DNA of 49,747 nt, from positions 1 to 49,747 of the forward strand of contig JBBRLI010000020.1 in the NCBI GenBank assembly GCA_038231455.1, read 5' to 3'. The translations under genes were made by a program, and so were the position numbers. Positions 19,600-31,008 of the stretch are shown in pieces. Each line of letters opens with the position of its first letter. Positions within the stretch are counted from its first letter, which is position 1. The notes beneath the pieces are model-generated. The model did no database searches and was not told where the DNA came from. It saw only the letters and a list, made by a program, of their open reading frames with translations. The DNA is from Vulcanimicrobiales bacterium (lineage in GTDB: Bacteria > Vulcanimicrobiota > Vulcanimicrobiia > Vulcanimicrobiales > Vulcanimicrobiaceae).

Positions 19600-21287
19600 T
19601 CGCCGCGCCGCGCGTCGTGCGCTCGCCGCGCGGAAGCGCATGCACCGCGAAGAGCTGGCTTACGGAAGCGCCGCTGCGCATGCTCATGAACAATCTCGAT
19701 CCCGATGTCGCCGAGCGGCCCGAGGATTTAGTCGTTTACGGCGGCCTCGGCAAAGCCGCGCGCAATTGGGCGTGTTTCGATGCGATCGTCGCTTCGCTGC
19801 GCGATCTTGAAAATGACGAGACGTTGCTCGTTCAGTCGGGAAAACCCGTCGGCGTCTTTCGCACGCACGCCGACGCCCCGCGCGTCCTCATCGCGAATTC
19901 GAATCTCGTGCCGCATTGGGCGACCTGGGAACACTTCAACGAACTCGACCGGCGCGGGCTGATGATGTACGGCCAGATGACGGCCGGTTCGTGGATCTAC
20001 ATCGGCTCGCAAGGCATCGTACAAGGCACCTACGAGACCTTCGTCGAGGCGGGTCGCCAGCATTACGGCGGCGATTTGCGCGGTCGCTGGTTCCTTACCG
20101 CGGGCCTCGGCGGGATGGGCGGTGCGCAACCGCTCGCTGCGACGATGGCGGGTGCGTCGATGCTTGCCGTGGAGTGCGATCCCGCGCATATCGAACGCCG
20201 CCTGCAAACGCGCTATCTGGATTGCCGCGCCGAATCGCTTGACGAAGCGCTCGCGATCATCGATGCTGCCGTAGCCAAACGCGAAGCGGTCTCGGTCGGG
20301 TTACTCGGAAATGCCGCGGAGATTTTCCCCGAACTGGTACGACGCGGCGTGCGCCCGGATCTCGTCACCGATCAAACGAGCGCGCACGATCCGCGCAACG
20401 GCTATCTGCCTGCTGGCTGGACACTCGAACGCGCCGAGCGTGCGCGACGCGAGAATCCCGTCGAGGTCGAAACGGCGGCCAAATCGTCGATGGCCGCGCA
20501 CGTCGCGGCGATGGTCGCCTTTCACCGGCTCGGTATTCCAACCGTCGACTACGGGAACAATATCCGGCAGATGGCCCTCGATGCCGGCTACGCGGACGCC
20601 TTTGCCTTCCCGGGCTTCGTTCCGGCGTACATTCGGCCGCTGTTTTGTCGCGGCGTCGGTCCGTTTCGCTGGGTCGCGCTTTCCGGCGATCCGGATGACA
20701 TCTATAAAACGGACGCAAAGATGAAAGAGCTCTTCCCCGATAATACGCACTTGATCAACTGGCTCGACATGGCCAAGGACCGCATCGCATTTCAGGGTTT
20801 ACCGGCGCGCATTTGCTGGATCGGGCTTGGCGATCGCGCCAAAGCCGGGCTCGCGTTCAACGAGATGGTTGCGCGCGGCGAACTCAAAGCGCCGATCGTG
20901 ATCGGGCGCGATCATTTGGATTCGGGTTCGGTGGCAAGTCCCAATCGGGAAACCGAGGGTATGCGCGACGGTTCGGATGCCGTTTCGGATTGGCCGCTGC
21001 TCAATGCGCTCCTCAATACGGCAAGCGGCGCAACGTGGGTGAGTCTGCACCACGGCGGCGGTGTCGGCATGGGATATTCACAGCACGCGGGGATGGTGAT
21101 TGTCGCCGATGGTTCGCTTGATGCGGCGCGGCGACTCGAACGCGTGCTCACGAACGATCCGGCGACCGGCGTAATGCGTCATGCCGACGCGGGGTACGAG
21201 GATGCGATCGCGTGCGCGCGCGAAAACAATCTTAGCTTGCCGATGCTCGAAGACGGCCGCGACGATACACACCGCGCGCAGGATTGA
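19596..21287 (+). CDS. hutU: Urocanate hydratase
   Basis: [41 protein letters not shown] and HHGGGVGMG motifs. GTGA overlap with hutH. Confidence 0.97.
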   Translation: MIAAPRVVRSPRGSACTAKSWLTEAPLRMLMNNLDPDVAERPEDLVVYGGLGKAARNWACFDAIVASLRDLENDETLLVQSGKPVGVFRTHADAPRVLIANSNLVPHWATWEHFNELDRRGLMMYGQMTAGSWIYIGSQGIVQGTYETFVEAGRQHYGGDLRGRWFLTAGLGGMGGAQPLAATMAGASMLAVECDPAHIERRLQTRYLDCRAESLDEALAIIDAAVAKREAVSVGLLGNAAEIFPELVRRGVRPDLVTDQTSAHDPRNGYLPAGWTLERAERARRENPVEVETAAKSSMAAHVAAMVAFHRLGIPTVDYGNNIRQMALDAGYADAFAFPGFVPAYIRPLFCRGVGPFRWVALSGDPDDIYKTDAKMKELFPDNTHLINWLDMAKDRIAFQGLPARICWIGLGDRAKAGLAFNEMVARGELKAPIVIGRDHLDSGSVASPNRETEGMRDGSDAVSDWPLLNALLNTASGATWVSLHHGGGVGMGYSQHAGMVIVADGSLDAARRLERVLTNDPATGVMRHADAGYEDAIACARENNLSLPMLEDGRDDTHRAQD

Positions 21288-22449
21288 CACCCAGCGCGTA
21301 CGCGAGCTGTGCGGGGTGATCGATATCCCAAAGCGTGAAATCAGCAAACTTTCCGCATTCGAGCGTTCCGATTTGCGCGCCGAGTCCGAGCGCCTGTGCG
21401 CCGCAGCGCGTGATTCCCGCGAGCGCTTCGTGCGCGGTGAGCCGGAAGAGCGTGCAGGCAAGGTTGAGGACGAGCAAAATCGATTCGATCGGCGACGTGC
21501 CGGGATTGCAATCGGTCGCAAGCGCGATCGGCACGCCGTGCGCGCGCATCGCGGCGATCGGCGGCAGTTTCGTCTCACGCAAGAAATAATACGCTCCCGG
21601 CAACAGGACGGCAGCCGTGCCCGCGGCGGCTAAAGCGGCGATGCCGTCCTCCGATGTGTGTTCGAGATGGTCGGCCGATTGCGCGCCGTACCGCGCCGCA
21701 AGTTCCGCGCCCCCGCCGTCGGTTAGTTGATCGGCATGCAGAGCGATGCCGAGGCCCTGCGCACGCGCGGCATCGAAGAAGCGTGCCGTCTGCGCGGGAG
21801 TGAATGCGATCGTCTCGCAGAAAGCATCGACGCGGTCGGCGAGATTTTCGCGAACGACCTGTGGCAGCACCGTGGAGCAAACGAAATCGATATACGCATC
21901 GGGTCGACCCGAAAATTCCGGCGGCAACGCGTGCGCACCGAGGTAGGTCGTTCGAACGCTCACATCGTTTCGCTCGCCGAGCGCGCGCGCGACGCGCAGT
22001 TCGCGCATTTCGGTTTCGAGATCGAGTCCGTAACCCGATTTGATTTCGAGCGTCGTCACTCCCTCGGCGCGCAACCGTTGCACGCGCGCATCGCCGACGC
22101 GAAGCAATTCTTCTTCGCTTGCGGCACGCGTAGCGCGAACGGTCGAGAGAATACCGCCGCCGGCGCGCGCGATCTCTTCATAGGTCGCGCCCTCGAGCCG
22201 CTGCTCGAATTCGCGCGCGCGGTTTCCGCCGTAGACGAGATGCGTGTGGCAGTCGACGAAACCCGGCGTAATCCAGCGACGTTCCGCATTCAGGATCTCG
22301 CGAGCCTCCGATGCGGGCACGTCCGCATCCCGACCGATCCACACGATACGCCCGTCGCAGATGCCGAAGGCGCCGTCCTCAATTGCACCGTATGCCGGTC
22401 CCGCCATCGTAGCGAGGCGCGCGTTGCGAACGAGCAGATCGAACGTCAT
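21232..22449 (-). CDS. hutI: Imidazolonepropionase
   Basis: [29 protein letters not shown] and [10 protein letters not shown] motifs. Confidence 0.95.
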   Translation of the reverse strand: MTFDLLVRNARLATMAGPAYGAIEDGAFGICDGRIVWIGRDADVPASEAREILNAERRWITPGFVDCHTHLVYGGNRAREFEQRLEGATYEEIARAGGGILSTVRATRAASEEELLRVGDARVQRLRAEGVTTLEIKSGYGLDLETEMRELRVARALGERNDVSVRTTYLGAHALPPEFSGRPDAYIDFVCSTVLPQVVRENLADRVDAFCETIAFTPAQTARFFDAARAQGLGIALHADQLTDGGGAELAARYGAQSADHLEHTSEDGIAALAAAGTAAVLLPGAYYFLRETKLPPIAAMRAHGVPIALATDCNPGTSPIESILLVLNLACTLFRLTAHEALAGITRCGAQALGLGAQIGTLECGKFADFTLWDIDHPAQLAYALGVNPARGVYRRGRLRASAS

Positions 22450-22472
22450 CGCATCACGCCAGGCGCGCGTTG

Positions 22473-23876
22473 ATGCGCGTCTTCGCGCCACTCGCACGCC
22501 TCGCGAACGGCTGGTCGAGCGACGTCATCATCGAGATCGATAGCCACGGAACGATCGAACGCATCGAACCGTCTTCGCCGCGCGGCGATGCGATGCTCCT
22601 TGCCGGACCCGTGCTGCCCGGTATGCCGAACGCCCATTCGCACGTGTTTCAGCGCGCGATTGCGGGTGCGACCGAGCGGCGAGCGGGGAGTGCCGACGAT
22701 TTCTGGACGTGGCGCGAGAAGATGTATGGCGTGCTCGCCGCGATCGATCCCGATGCATTCGAGGCGATCGCGACGGCGACGTTCGTCGAAATGTTGCGCG
22801 GCGGCTATACCTCCGTCGCGGAATTTCACTACCTGCACAACGACCGTGACGGCACGCCATATGCGAACAAAGCCGAGCTTGCCGAACGCGTCATCGCGGC
22901 CGCCGCGACGGCAGGCATCGGACTAACGCTCTTACCCGTGCTCTATCAGACGAGCGACTTTGGTGGTGCTGCGCCGACGTTTGGACAGCGGCGCTTTATC
23001 ATGCCGACCGATTCGTTCTTGACGCTCGTGCAAAAACTCGAACGCATGGCGCAGGGTCTTCCGCTCGTGCGTATCGGTGCTGCTCCGCACTCGCTGCGTG
23101 CGGTGACGCCCGCGGCGCTTGCGACCGTCGTCGATTTCGCCACCGCATCGGACCTGCCGATCCACATGCACATCGCCGAACAAGAGCGCGAAATCCAAGC
23201 GTCGGTCGCGTGGAGCGGACAGCGGCCGCTCGCGTGGCTGCTGGAGCGTTTCGCCGTCGATCGTCACTGGACGCTCGTCCACGCAACGCATGCGGACGAA
23301 GGTGAGACGCGCGACCTTGCAGCGAGCGGTGCCGTCGTGAGTCTGTGTCCGACGACGGAGGCGAATCTCGGCGACGGCATTTTCCCCATGCCGGCGTTTC
23401 TGCTCGCCGGGGGGACCTTTGCTGTAGGAACGGACAGCAACGTTGCACTCTCTGCTTCGGACGAACTGCGCTGGATCGAATACGTCACGCGCCTCGCCAC
23501 GCGACGCCGAAACGTGCTCGCCGAGAACACCGGCTCCGTTGGCGAGCGCTTATATCTTGAGGCAGCGCGGGGCGGTGCTCGCGCTCTTGCACAGTCGATC
23601 GGCGCGATCGCCGTTGGTTCGCGGGCGGATTTGGTCGTGCTTGACGGGTCCGACCCGCTCCTTGTGACGGCCGCGACCGAAGAACTGCTCGATACCTACA
23701 TTTTCGCCTTGGGATCGGCGGCGGTTCGAGACGTCATGGTCGGCGGAGCGTGGACGATCCGAGAGCGCGTTCACGCGCGGGATGCCGAGATCCGGCGCGA
23801 CTATACCGGCGCGCTTCGCGCCTTACGCGAAACCTTTGCGCCTGGCGCCGAGTCAAATGACCTGCACCAAGCGTAG
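22473..23876 (+). CDS. hutF: Formimidoylglutamate deiminase
   Basis: [41 protein letters not shown] and [11 protein letters not shown] motifs. Confidence 0.93.
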   Translation: MRVFAPLARLANGWSSDVIIEIDSHGTIERIEPSSPRGDAMLLAGPVLPGMPNAHSHVFQRAIAGATERRAGSADDFWTWREKMYGVLAAIDPDAFEAIATATFVEMLRGGYTSVAEFHYLHNDRDGTPYANKAELAERVIAAAATAGIGLTLLPVLYQTSDFGGAAPTFGQRRFIMPTDSFLTLVQKLERMAQGLPLVRIGAAPHSLRAVTPAALATVVDFATASDLPIHMHIAEQEREIQASVAWSGQRPLAWLLERFAVDRHWTLVHATHADEGETRDLAASGAVVSLCPTTEANLGDGIFPMPAFLLAGGTFAVGTDSNVALSASDELRWIEYVTRLATRRRNVLAENTGSVGERLYLEAARGGARALAQSIGAIAVGSRADLVVLDGSDPLLVTAATEELLDTYIFALGSAAVRDVMVGGAWTIRERVHARDAEIRRDYTGALRALRETFAPGAESNDLHQA

Positions 23877-23904
23877 TGTATTATCCAAGCGTTAAGGAGA
23901 GTCA

Positions 23905-24348
23905 ATGCTCGATCTCACCACCTCGTTCCCGCGCAGCGTCAAAGACCATATGGCCGGTCTCGTCATGATTGCGCGCACGACCGATAAAGCCAAGGCGAAA
24001 GCCCACGGCAACATCGGCGAATATCACTACAATTGTCCGATGGATGTCGGCGTGTTCACGTTCCTTGGAATCGACCACGAAGCGTTCCTCGATAAAGTCA
24101 CAAACGCAAAAGACGACCACGAAATCGAAGCGTACGTGAAGTCGTTTGCCGACAAGAAGACCCCCGCCGAAATCTCGGATTGGAACAAGACGTTCCTCGG
24201 CCATGCTCCCGCACCGGGCAGCGAAGGCGAAACGTACTTCCTCAACCTGCGCAACTCGCTCGATGCAAGCCGCACCGACATCACCGTTTGGGCCGACCTG
24301 CTCGATCTCGATGAAAAGCGCGACGTGCCCCGCAAGGCAGCCGTCTAA
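23905..24348 (+). CDS. DUF5069-like protein
   Basis: PRS...G...ARTTDKAKA...GEYHYNCPMD pattern and AAGGAG RBS. Confidence 0.75.
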   Translation: MLDLTTSFPRSVKDHMAGLVMIARTTDKAKAKAHGNIGEYHYNCPMDVGVFTFLGIDHEAFLDKVTNAKDDHEIEAYVKSFADKKTPAEISDWNKTFLGHAPAPGSEGETYFLNLRNSLDASRTDITVWADLLDLDEKRDVPRKAAV

Positions 24349-24350
24349 GC

Positions 24351-25142
24351 TTGCCGACGTACCGTTCCGTACTGGAATACGACGGAACGGATTTTTCCGG
24401 CTGGCAGTTTCAGCCGAAATATCGCACGGTGTGCGGCGAGCTCGAAAAGACGCTCGCCGCACTCTTTGCAGAGACCATCAAAGTCACGTGTGCGGGACGT
24501 ACCGATGCGGGCGTTCATGCAACCGGGCAAGTCATTTCGTTCAAAGCCGAGCGCACGTTCCCAATCGAACGTCTGGCACTGGCACTGAACGCACATTTAC
24601 CGCAAGACATTACCGCGCGCGACGCGGAGATTGTCGAAGATGGGTTCTCGGCGCGTCACCACGCGAAGCGCCGCATTTACGAATATGTGATTCTCAATCG
24701 GCGCACACCCTCAGCGACGTTGCGCCGCTCGGCGCATCACGTATGGCGACCGATCGACCGGTCGCTTTTCGAGCGCGCGGCGCAACACCTCATCGGCAAA
24801 CACGACTTCATCGCGTTCTGCGGCGTGTTGCCTGACCGCGGCGGAACCGTCCGCACGATTCTTGAGATCGATACCGAACGCACAGGCGAGCTGTTCAAGA
24901 TCCGTGTGATTGGCGATGGCTTTCTCCACCGTCAGATTCGCATCACGGTCGGCACGCTCGTCGAAATCGCGACCGGTCAACGTCCGCTCGATGATATCCC
25001 GCGCATCCTCGCATCGAAAGACCGTCGCGAAGCCGGCTATACGGCCGCTGCCGCCGGGCTCTATCTTGCGGGCGTGGAGTATCCCGGATTCGTATCGTAT
25101 CGTCCAGCGCTCGTTCCGCTCGACCTGGGGACGACGCCTTAA
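24351..25142 (+). CDS. truA: tRNA pseudouridine(38-40) synthase
   Basis: EYDGTDFSGWQ, AGRTDAGVHA, GKHDF and GDGFLHRQIR motifs. Confidence 0.95.
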   Translation: MPTYRSVLEYDGTDFSGWQFQPKYRTVCGELEKTLAALFAETIKVTCAGRTDAGVHATGQVISFKAERTFPIERLALALNAHLPQDITARDAEIVEDGFSARHHAKRRIYEYVILNRRTPSATLRRSAHHVWRPIDRSLFERAAQHLIGKHDFIAFCGVLPDRGGTVRTILEIDTERTGELFKIRVIGDGFLHRQIRITVGTLVEIATGQRPLDDIPRILASKDRREAGYTAAAAGLYLAGVEYPGFVSYRPALVPLDLGTTP

Positions 25143-25161
25143 CTTGGCGTAAAGCACGCCG

Positions 25162-26955
25162 ATGACTAAGGAGATGGAGAGTCACGCGTATCCCCTGGTG
25201 AGCATTCTTGTCCCCAATTATAACTACGTGAAATGGGTCGGGCAAACGGTCGATAGCGCCCTGGCACAGACCTACCCGAACGTCGAGATCTTGGTCTCTG
25301 ACAACTGCTCGACCGATGGTGCCTGGGAAATGCTCAACGAGCGCTACGGTGCCGAACCGCGCGTCCGGCTCAGTCAGAACGATCGTAACCTCGGGATGGC
25401 CGGGAATTTCGATGTCGTGTTGGCTAAGGCGCGCGGGGAATACGTGCTCTGTCTTTCCTCAGATGACTTTTTGATGCCGAACCACGTCGAGCTGCTCGAG
25501 GCGGTCTTTCATCGTCGGCCTGAGCTCGATATCGTCTACAGCAACGCGTTTTTTGCAAACGAAGACGGCAAGATCACCGGGATGCGTCAGATGCCCGGCC
25601 AGTTTCCGATTAGCTACGAGGACGCTCGTGACGAACTCGTCGAGAATTTCACGACCGTGTGTCCGGTCTGCTTTCCCTGTGCGCTCGTCAAACGAGAGGT
25701 GATGCAGCGGCCGGGCATTTGCGGCGACCCGGCGAGCGGTCAAGTCGCTCGCGACTGGGAAGCGATTATGCGCATGGCTTTAGCCGGAATGCGCTTTGGT
25801 TACGTTGCGCAAGCGACGATGGCGGTTCGGTTCCACCCGGGCCAGGTCACCGGCGATGAGTATTATATCGAAGGGAAAAACATCTCCGATTTCGTTGCGT
25901 ATGTCGAGCGCTACATGGATGAGCCTGAGTGGATTTCGCGCATGCGCGGACGCGAGCTTGGCGTGTCTCGCCTCGTTAACATCTTGGTCCGTGAGCACGG
26001 ACCGGCAACCGGCAATCTTCGGCCGATTCCGCCCGAGGTTTCGGCCAACTACGAGCGCGTGATCAAGCGTCTCGAAGCGCGCGCAGCCGAGTATGAGCCG
26101 GCGCGGGTTCGCGAATCGAAGATCAGTGTTGTCGTGGAAGTCGCCGGTCCGCCGGCCGGCCTGATCTCGGCCCTCGATTCGCTTGCGGTGCAAACGCACC
26201 AGAATTGGGAAGTCTGCATCGTCGATCACGGGGAAATCAATGTCGAGGGATTGATTCGGGGACATCGCGTCGGGTCGCGCGCATCGTACGTCCGGCAGCC
26301 GGTTTCGCCGAGTGCCGGTTCGGCTCGCAACCTCGGACTGCGGATGATCCGCGGCGAGTACGTCGCCTTCTTAGATGTTGAGTCGCGGTTCGAGCCCGAC
26401 CACCTCGAGAAAGCCGTCGATACGATCGAGCGAACCGGAGCCAAGGCGGCCTTGGCAACCGTCCGACTTGTCCTCGAGAGCGAAAACCTCGTCGGGGAAG
26501 GCGGCACGATCCTGGGAACCGTTGAGCCCTTCGGCGGTGCCGCCTCCGATGTCGCGCGTCTAAAGATCGCGCAATCGGTGCCGCTCGATGCGCTGGTTTT
26601 CTACCGTGGCCTGCTCGATCAGACCGGGCAGATCAACGATTTGCCGCTCCTGGACGATTGGGAATACATGATTCGACTTGCCGACCTCACGCCGTTCGCT
26701 CCGACCGGCGCGACGACGCTGAACCTGATCACGCGCATCGGCCTCTCGGGTTGTCGTCTCGCAGCTCTTCACCGCAACTACCTTTCGGTTGTCGATGCGG
26801 TCTACCGCGGCTATGCAGTGGACGAAGAGAGCCAACGCAAGCGCATCGCCCATCGTTCGAATGTGGCGCACGCCTTCGATTCGATCCTCGACTGGACGAG
26901 TGTACCGCAGGGGCTGGCGATGTTTCACGAGCAATTAGCGGGTCGCAAATTATAA
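25162..26955 (+). CDS. Tandem-domain GT2 glycosyltransferase
   Basis: Domain 1 has VSILVPNYNY, SDNCSTDG and SSDD. Domain 2 has SLAVQTHQNWEVCIVDHG, ARNLGL and FLDVE. Confidence 0.88.
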   Translation: MTKEMESHAYPLVSILVPNYNYVKWVGQTVDSALAQTYPNVEILVSDNCSTDGAWEMLNERYGAEPRVRLSQNDRNLGMAGNFDVVLAKARGEYVLCLSSDDFLMPNHVELLEAVFHRRPELDIVYSNAFFANEDGKITGMRQMPGQFPISYEDARDELVENFTTVCPVCFPCALVKREVMQRPGICGDPASGQVARDWEAIMRMALAGMRFGYVAQATMAVRFHPGQVTGDEYYIEGKNISDFVAYVERYMDEPEWISRMRGRELGVSRLVNILVREHGPATGNLRPIPPEVSANYERVIKRLEARAAEYEPARVRESKISVVVEVAGPPAGLISALDSLAVQTHQNWEVCIVDHGEINVEGLIRGHRVGSRASYVRQPVSPSAGSARNLGLRMIRGEYVAFLDVESRFEPDHLEKAVDTIERTGAKAALATVRLVLESENLVGEGGTILGTVEPFGGAASDVARLKIAQSVPLDALVFYRGLLDQTGQINDLPLLDDWEYMIRLADLTPFAPTGATTLNLITRIGLSGCRLAALHRNYLSVVDAVYRGYAVDEESQRKRIAHRSNVAHAFDSILDWTSVPQGLAMFHEQLAGRKL

Positions 26956-27482
26956 TGGCTCAACCGCTCGCTGAGGCCGCGACGGGGTTGCGCGCGCCTG
27001 CCGATGCAGACCTTTCGCTGCTCGGCGAGATGCGCAACGACCTCCCAACGCAATACTCGCTCCTGGCGTCCCCAAAACCGAATTCGCCGGACGACGTGCG
27101 CGCTTGGCTCGAACGCCGGAGCTCCGACCCGAACGGCCTGTTTTTCGTCATCGCCGACCAGATGGGGAATGCCGTCGGGTTCACGCAGGTGGTCGAGATC
27201 GATCGGCTCAGCCGTCATGGCGCGTTCGGGATTGCGGTCGATCGTCGACACCGCGGGATGGGGCACGCGCGGCGCGCACTAGCGCTTCTTATCGAACGTT
27301 GTACGGCCGACGGCCGGCTTGATAAGCTCATCCTTCATGTCGCGGCGGACAACGCCGTCGCGCGAGCGATTTACTCCGCGCAGGGATTTCGCGACGTCGG
27401 GATATTACGCCGACATTACCGTGGCCCCGAGCGTTGGCACGACGTTTCGATCATGGAACGTTTTCTCGGCGACGTCGCATGA
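26955..27482 (+). CDS. GNAT N-acetyltransferase (PseH/RimJ-like)
   Basis: HRGMGHA acetyl-CoA motif and N-x-x-A-x-x-x-Y-x-x-x-GF. TAATG overlap with the upstream gene. Confidence 0.85.
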   Translation: MAQPLAEAATGLRAPADADLSLLGEMRNDLPTQYSLLASPKPNSPDDVRAWLERRSSDPNGLFFVIADQMGNAVGFTQVVEIDRLSRHGAFGIAVDRRHRGMGHARRALALLIERCTADGRLDKLILHVAADNAVARAIYSAQGFRDVGILRRHYRGPERWHDVSIMERFLGDVA

Positions 27483-28198
27483 ATACCGTCGTGATGCAGC
27501 CGCAGTTTTTTCCCTGGCGCGGTCTCTTCGAGCAAATCCATCTGTGCGATGAATTCGTGCATCTCGACGACGCCCAATTTCAAAAGGGTGGAATGACCAA
27601 TCGCATTCAGATCAAGACGGCAAACGGTCCGTTTTGGTTTACGGTGCCGGTGTTGCGCGGCGGACATCTTCCGCCGATCAATGAGACGGAGATCGATTAC
27701 CGCAGCGACTGGCGCGGAAAAACCATCCGAACCTTCGAGATGTCGTATGCTCGCGCTCCGTTTCTGCGCGACGCCATCGCATTGCTTACCGAGGTCTACG
27801 ATCCGAAACCGGCGACGATCGGCGCGCTCGATATCGCGGCGATCGAACGATGCGCTGCCTACCTTGGCCTTCAACCGACATTTTCGCTTGCTTCGCAAAC
27901 GCCAGTGACGATGGCGAAGACCGACCGACTCGTGGGCCTGCTCGGCCAGCGCGGGACGAAGCGGTACATCACGGGGCTTGGGGCACTGGATTACCTCGAT
28001 GAGCCGATGTTAGCGGCCCAAGGAATCGAAGTCCGCGTGATGTCCTACGAGCGCACGCCCTATCCGCAATTGCACGGGCCGTTCGATCCGCACGTTTCGA
28101 TTCTCGATACGATCGCGAACCTCGGACCCGCTGCCGCAGCGTCGCTCACCTCGCCAACGATCGCCTGGCATGATGCCAAGCGGATGAGGACCGCATGA
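27479..28198 (+). CDS. WbqC-like protein (putative glycyl transferase for amino-sugar)
   Basis: MQPQFFPW, DDAQF, NRIQIK, YITGLGALDYL, YPQ and VSILD motifs. Confidence 0.88.
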   Translation: MNTVVMQPQFFPWRGLFEQIHLCDEFVHLDDAQFQKGGMTNRIQIKTANGPFWFTVPVLRGGHLPPINETEIDYRSDWRGKTIRTFEMSYARAPFLRDAIALLTEVYDPKPATIGALDIAAIERCAAYLGLQPTFSLASQTPVTMAKTDRLVGLLGQRGTKRYITGLGALDYLDEPMLAAQGIEVRVMSYERTPYPQLHGPFDPHVSILDTIANLGPAAAASLTSPTIAWHDAKRMRTA

Positions 28199-29079
28199 CG
28201 ACGGCCGCACTTCGCCCCCGGCTATCGGATACGGAACGAGCGGCCTTTGCTCGCGACGGATTTCTGCTCAAGCCCGGTTACCTCGATGTCGAACGGTTGA
28301 TTCGGCCGCTGCAGCGCGAACTCGGGTTGCTGATCGCCCATTCCGCGCGTTCGTGTGGAACGTCGTACACCGCACCGAAAGATCCGGCGGACTTCGACGC
28401 CGGTTACTTGGAACTCGTCGCGCGCTTCCCCGCCGTTCACAAGCTCGTGTACGATAACGCCAAAAACCTGACGAGCTTCCAACGTCTGATCGTGTGCGAC
28501 GAATTGCACGCGTTGTTTTGCGAACTGCGTAGCACGGGTTTCGCCGGAACCGCGCCGAGCTGGAACGGAATTCGGATCGATTCGCCCGGCGACCAGCTGC
28601 ACAGCTCGCCGTGGCACCAAGAGTTTCAGTATCAATTTCGCAGCCTTGACGGGCTCGTTTTGTGGACGCCACTCGTCCCCGTGACCGAGGCGATGGGTCC
28701 GGTCATCCTCGCCGCCGGCTCCCACGTCGAGGGTGTCATTCCGCTTGAGGATCGCACCGGAACCGGCGAATCGGATATGGATCGCGGTGAGTATGCTGCC
28801 TTGCGCTGTCCTAATGAAGAAGCGTTGATCGGTCGCTATCCGCACGTGGCACCGCTCTCAAAACCGGGAGATTTGTTCGCAATCGATTTTCTGACGCTTC
28901 ACGCGTCCGGCCGGAACGTCTCGAATCGCGCGCGGTTCACCGTCCAACTGCGCTACTTCAATTTTGAGGATGCATACGGCACCAGCATCGGCTGGACGGG
29001 CGGTCTCAAACATGGTGCGAGCCTCGCCGAAGCAAACGCCAAACTTGAACTCGCGCGGCCGTTCCAGGTGAAGGCGTGA
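28195..29079 (+). CDS. PhyH-family Fe(II)/2-oxoglutarate dioxygenase
   Basis: FARDGF, PWHQE, WTPL, GSH, PGD...LHASG-x-N-x-S...R motifs. Confidence 0.82.
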   Translation: MTTAALRPRLSDTERAAFARDGFLLKPGYLDVERLIRPLQRELGLLIAHSARSCGTSYTAPKDPADFDAGYLELVARFPAVHKLVYDNAKNLTSFQRLIVCDELHALFCELRSTGFAGTAPSWNGIRIDSPGDQLHSSPWHQEFQYQFRSLDGLVLWTPLVPVTEAMGPVILAAGSHVEGVIPLEDRTGTGESDMDRGEYAALRCPNEEALIGRYPHVAPLSKPGDLFAIDFLTLHASGRNVSNRARFTVQLRYFNFEDAYGTSIGWTGGLKHGASLAEANAKLELARPFQVKA

Positions 29080-30242
29080 GCGTTGCCGCCCACGCCGCAT
29101 GCGTCGTCTGTTCGACGGCGAGCGGCGCGCCGATTTATCGGAACGACGACGTCTCGGTGTCTTCGACGGGGCGGTCGTTTGCCGCTTCGACGGTCGTCTA
29201 TGTCTGCGCTGCTTGCGGGCACGCGCAGACGCCGCCGGTTGCGGATATCGAAGGCTACTACGACAGCGCGTACCGCGTTCATTTGGAGAGCGATGACGCC
29301 GACGATCTGTACGACGAGCGCGACGGGACGTCGGTGTATCGCAACGAGCATCAAGCGAATATCGCGCTAGAGAAGCTGGACTTGCGGCAGGGCGCGACGG
29401 TGCTTGACTTTGGATGCGGGAAAGGCCGCTCGTTGCGAGCGCTGCTCGCGAAGCGGCCCGACCTCGAAGGCTACGTCTTTGATGTGAGCGATGCATATCG
29501 CGCACAGTGGGATGAGTTTATCCCGCGCGAGCGCCAGGCAACGTACGGAACGCCGCCGGACTGGGCGCAGCATTTCGATGTGGTGCTTGCGTTCTTTGCG
29601 CTCGAACATGTCGCAGATCCGCGTGCGTTTTTGCTCGACATCCGTGCCCTGCTGCGCGAAGGCGGGACGCTGCATGCGATCGTTCCGAACGTTCGGCAAA
29701 ATCCGGGCGACTTGATCGTTGTCGACCACGTGAATCACTTCTCGCCCTCGTCGCTACGGATGCTGCTGGCAGCGACCGGATTCGACCACGTGCAGATCGA
29801 TGAACGGGCCCACGACGCCGCTTTTGTTATCGATGCCCGGCGAGCCGAAGCGCCGCCGGCGTTCGTGCCGGTTCAGGCCGACGTCGCAGACGACGTGCGT
29901 TACGCGCGCGAGTCGGTCGAACGCTGGGCGGCATCGGCCGCAAAGGTGGCGGTGTTCGAAGCCGAGATCGCCCAGGGTCGCAAGGCGGCAGTGTACGGGA
30001 GCGGGTTTTACGGTGTGTTCATCGCCAGCCACCTGAAAGATCGCTCGAACGTGGCGTATTTTCTCGACCGCAACCCGCACCAGCAGGCCAAGCGCATCTT
30101 CGACCTTGAGGTACGCCCTCCAACCGGCATTGAGGATGATGTCGAGGTCGTTTACATCGCTCTCAACCCGCTCAAAGCCCGCGAAATCGTCGCAGGAATC
30201 GCGCCCTTGCATCGGGTCGCGCGCGATTTCTTTTCCTTGTAG
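29076..30242 (+). CDS. Class I SAM methyltransferase with N-terminal Zn finger (sugar C/O-methyltransferase-like)
   Basis: CVVC...CAACG, VLDFGCGKG, LEHVADP, DHVNHFS and a C-terminal YGSG Rossmann-like domain. Confidence 0.82.
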   Translation: MSVAAHAACVVCSTASGAPIYRNDDVSVSSTGRSFAASTVVYVCAACGHAQTPPVADIEGYYDSAYRVHLESDDADDLYDERDGTSVYRNEHQANIALEKLDLRQGATVLDFGCGKGRSLRALLAKRPDLEGYVFDVSDAYRAQWDEFIPRERQATYGTPPDWAQHFDVVLAFFALEHVADPRAFLLDIRALLREGGTLHAIVPNVRQNPGDLIVVDHVNHFSPSSLRMLLAATGFDHVQIDERAHDAAFVIDARRAEAPPAFVPVQADVADDVRYARESVERWAASAAKVAVFEAEIAQGRKAAVYGSGFYGVFIASHLKDRSNVAYFLDRNPHQQAKRIFDLEVRPPTGIEDDVEVVYIALNPLKAREIVAGIAPLHRVARDFFSL

Positions 30243-30245
30243 CCG

Positions 30246-30944
30246 ATGCGAACGAGTTTAACGCCGGCCGAGCTTACGCGCTACCTCGGCCGACAAATCG
30301 ACGCGTTCTATCCGGACGGCGTAGCGTACGACCTGGGTCCGCCGGTGCACCGCGCGCTCGAACGGATCGAGCACTCATTTGCGCGCAATATCGTTCGCGG
30401 ATACACCGATGCGACTGGGGCGACGTTCTCGCATCTTCACGGCGACCAGTACGCGGCATTTCTGTACTATGTCTCGCATTCGGCTTGGGCCGATTCGGGT
30501 GATGCGGCTCTTGCGAGTAAGCTGTTTTTGCTCAACAAGGCGCTCAACGGCATCGTCTGCATGTACGACACCGTTTTGCCGGACGTGTTCATCCTCGTGC
30601 ATACTGTGGGGATCGTTTTGGGAAAGGCGCGTTACGGCAACTATCTGGTCGTCCATCAAAATGCGACCGTCGGAGCCGATGCTCGGGGCGACGTGCCGGA
30701 ACTCGGCGAGCGAACGACCTTGTACGGCGGATCGCTGGTTGTCGGAAGCAGCATCATCGGTCCCCGTTCCACTATCTCGGCCAACGCCGTCCTGCGCAAC
30801 GAGACGATCCCACCGGATTCGGTCGTCGCGGGCGCGTCGCCCGGCCTGATCGTCCGGCCGGCGGCCCGGCGCATGAGCGACCTCTACTTCGGAGAGCATT
30901 CTGAAGGGCGGGAACGGGGCGCTTTGGGAACGCGTCTATTATAG
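30246..30944 (+). CDS. Serine-acetyltransferase-like hexapeptide acyltransferase
   Basis: HLHGDQYA, HTVGIVLG, HQNATVG and left-handed beta-helix repeats. Confidence 0.8.
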   Translation: MRTSLTPAELTRYLGRQIDAFYPDGVAYDLGPPVHRALERIEHSFARNIVRGYTDATGATFSHLHGDQYAAFLYYVSHSAWADSGDAALASKLFLLNKALNGIVCMYDTVLPDVFILVHTVGIVLGKARYGNYLVVHQNATVGADARGDVPELGERTTLYGGSLVVGSSIIGPRSTISANAVLRNETIPPDSVVAGASPGLIVRPAARRMSDLYFGEHSEGRERGALGTRLL

Positions 30945-31008
30945 AATTCCGGCCGTTGCGCCGATACCGTTAAGAGTACGCCTCCGAAGGAGTCCTGGTA
31001 TCGAAATC

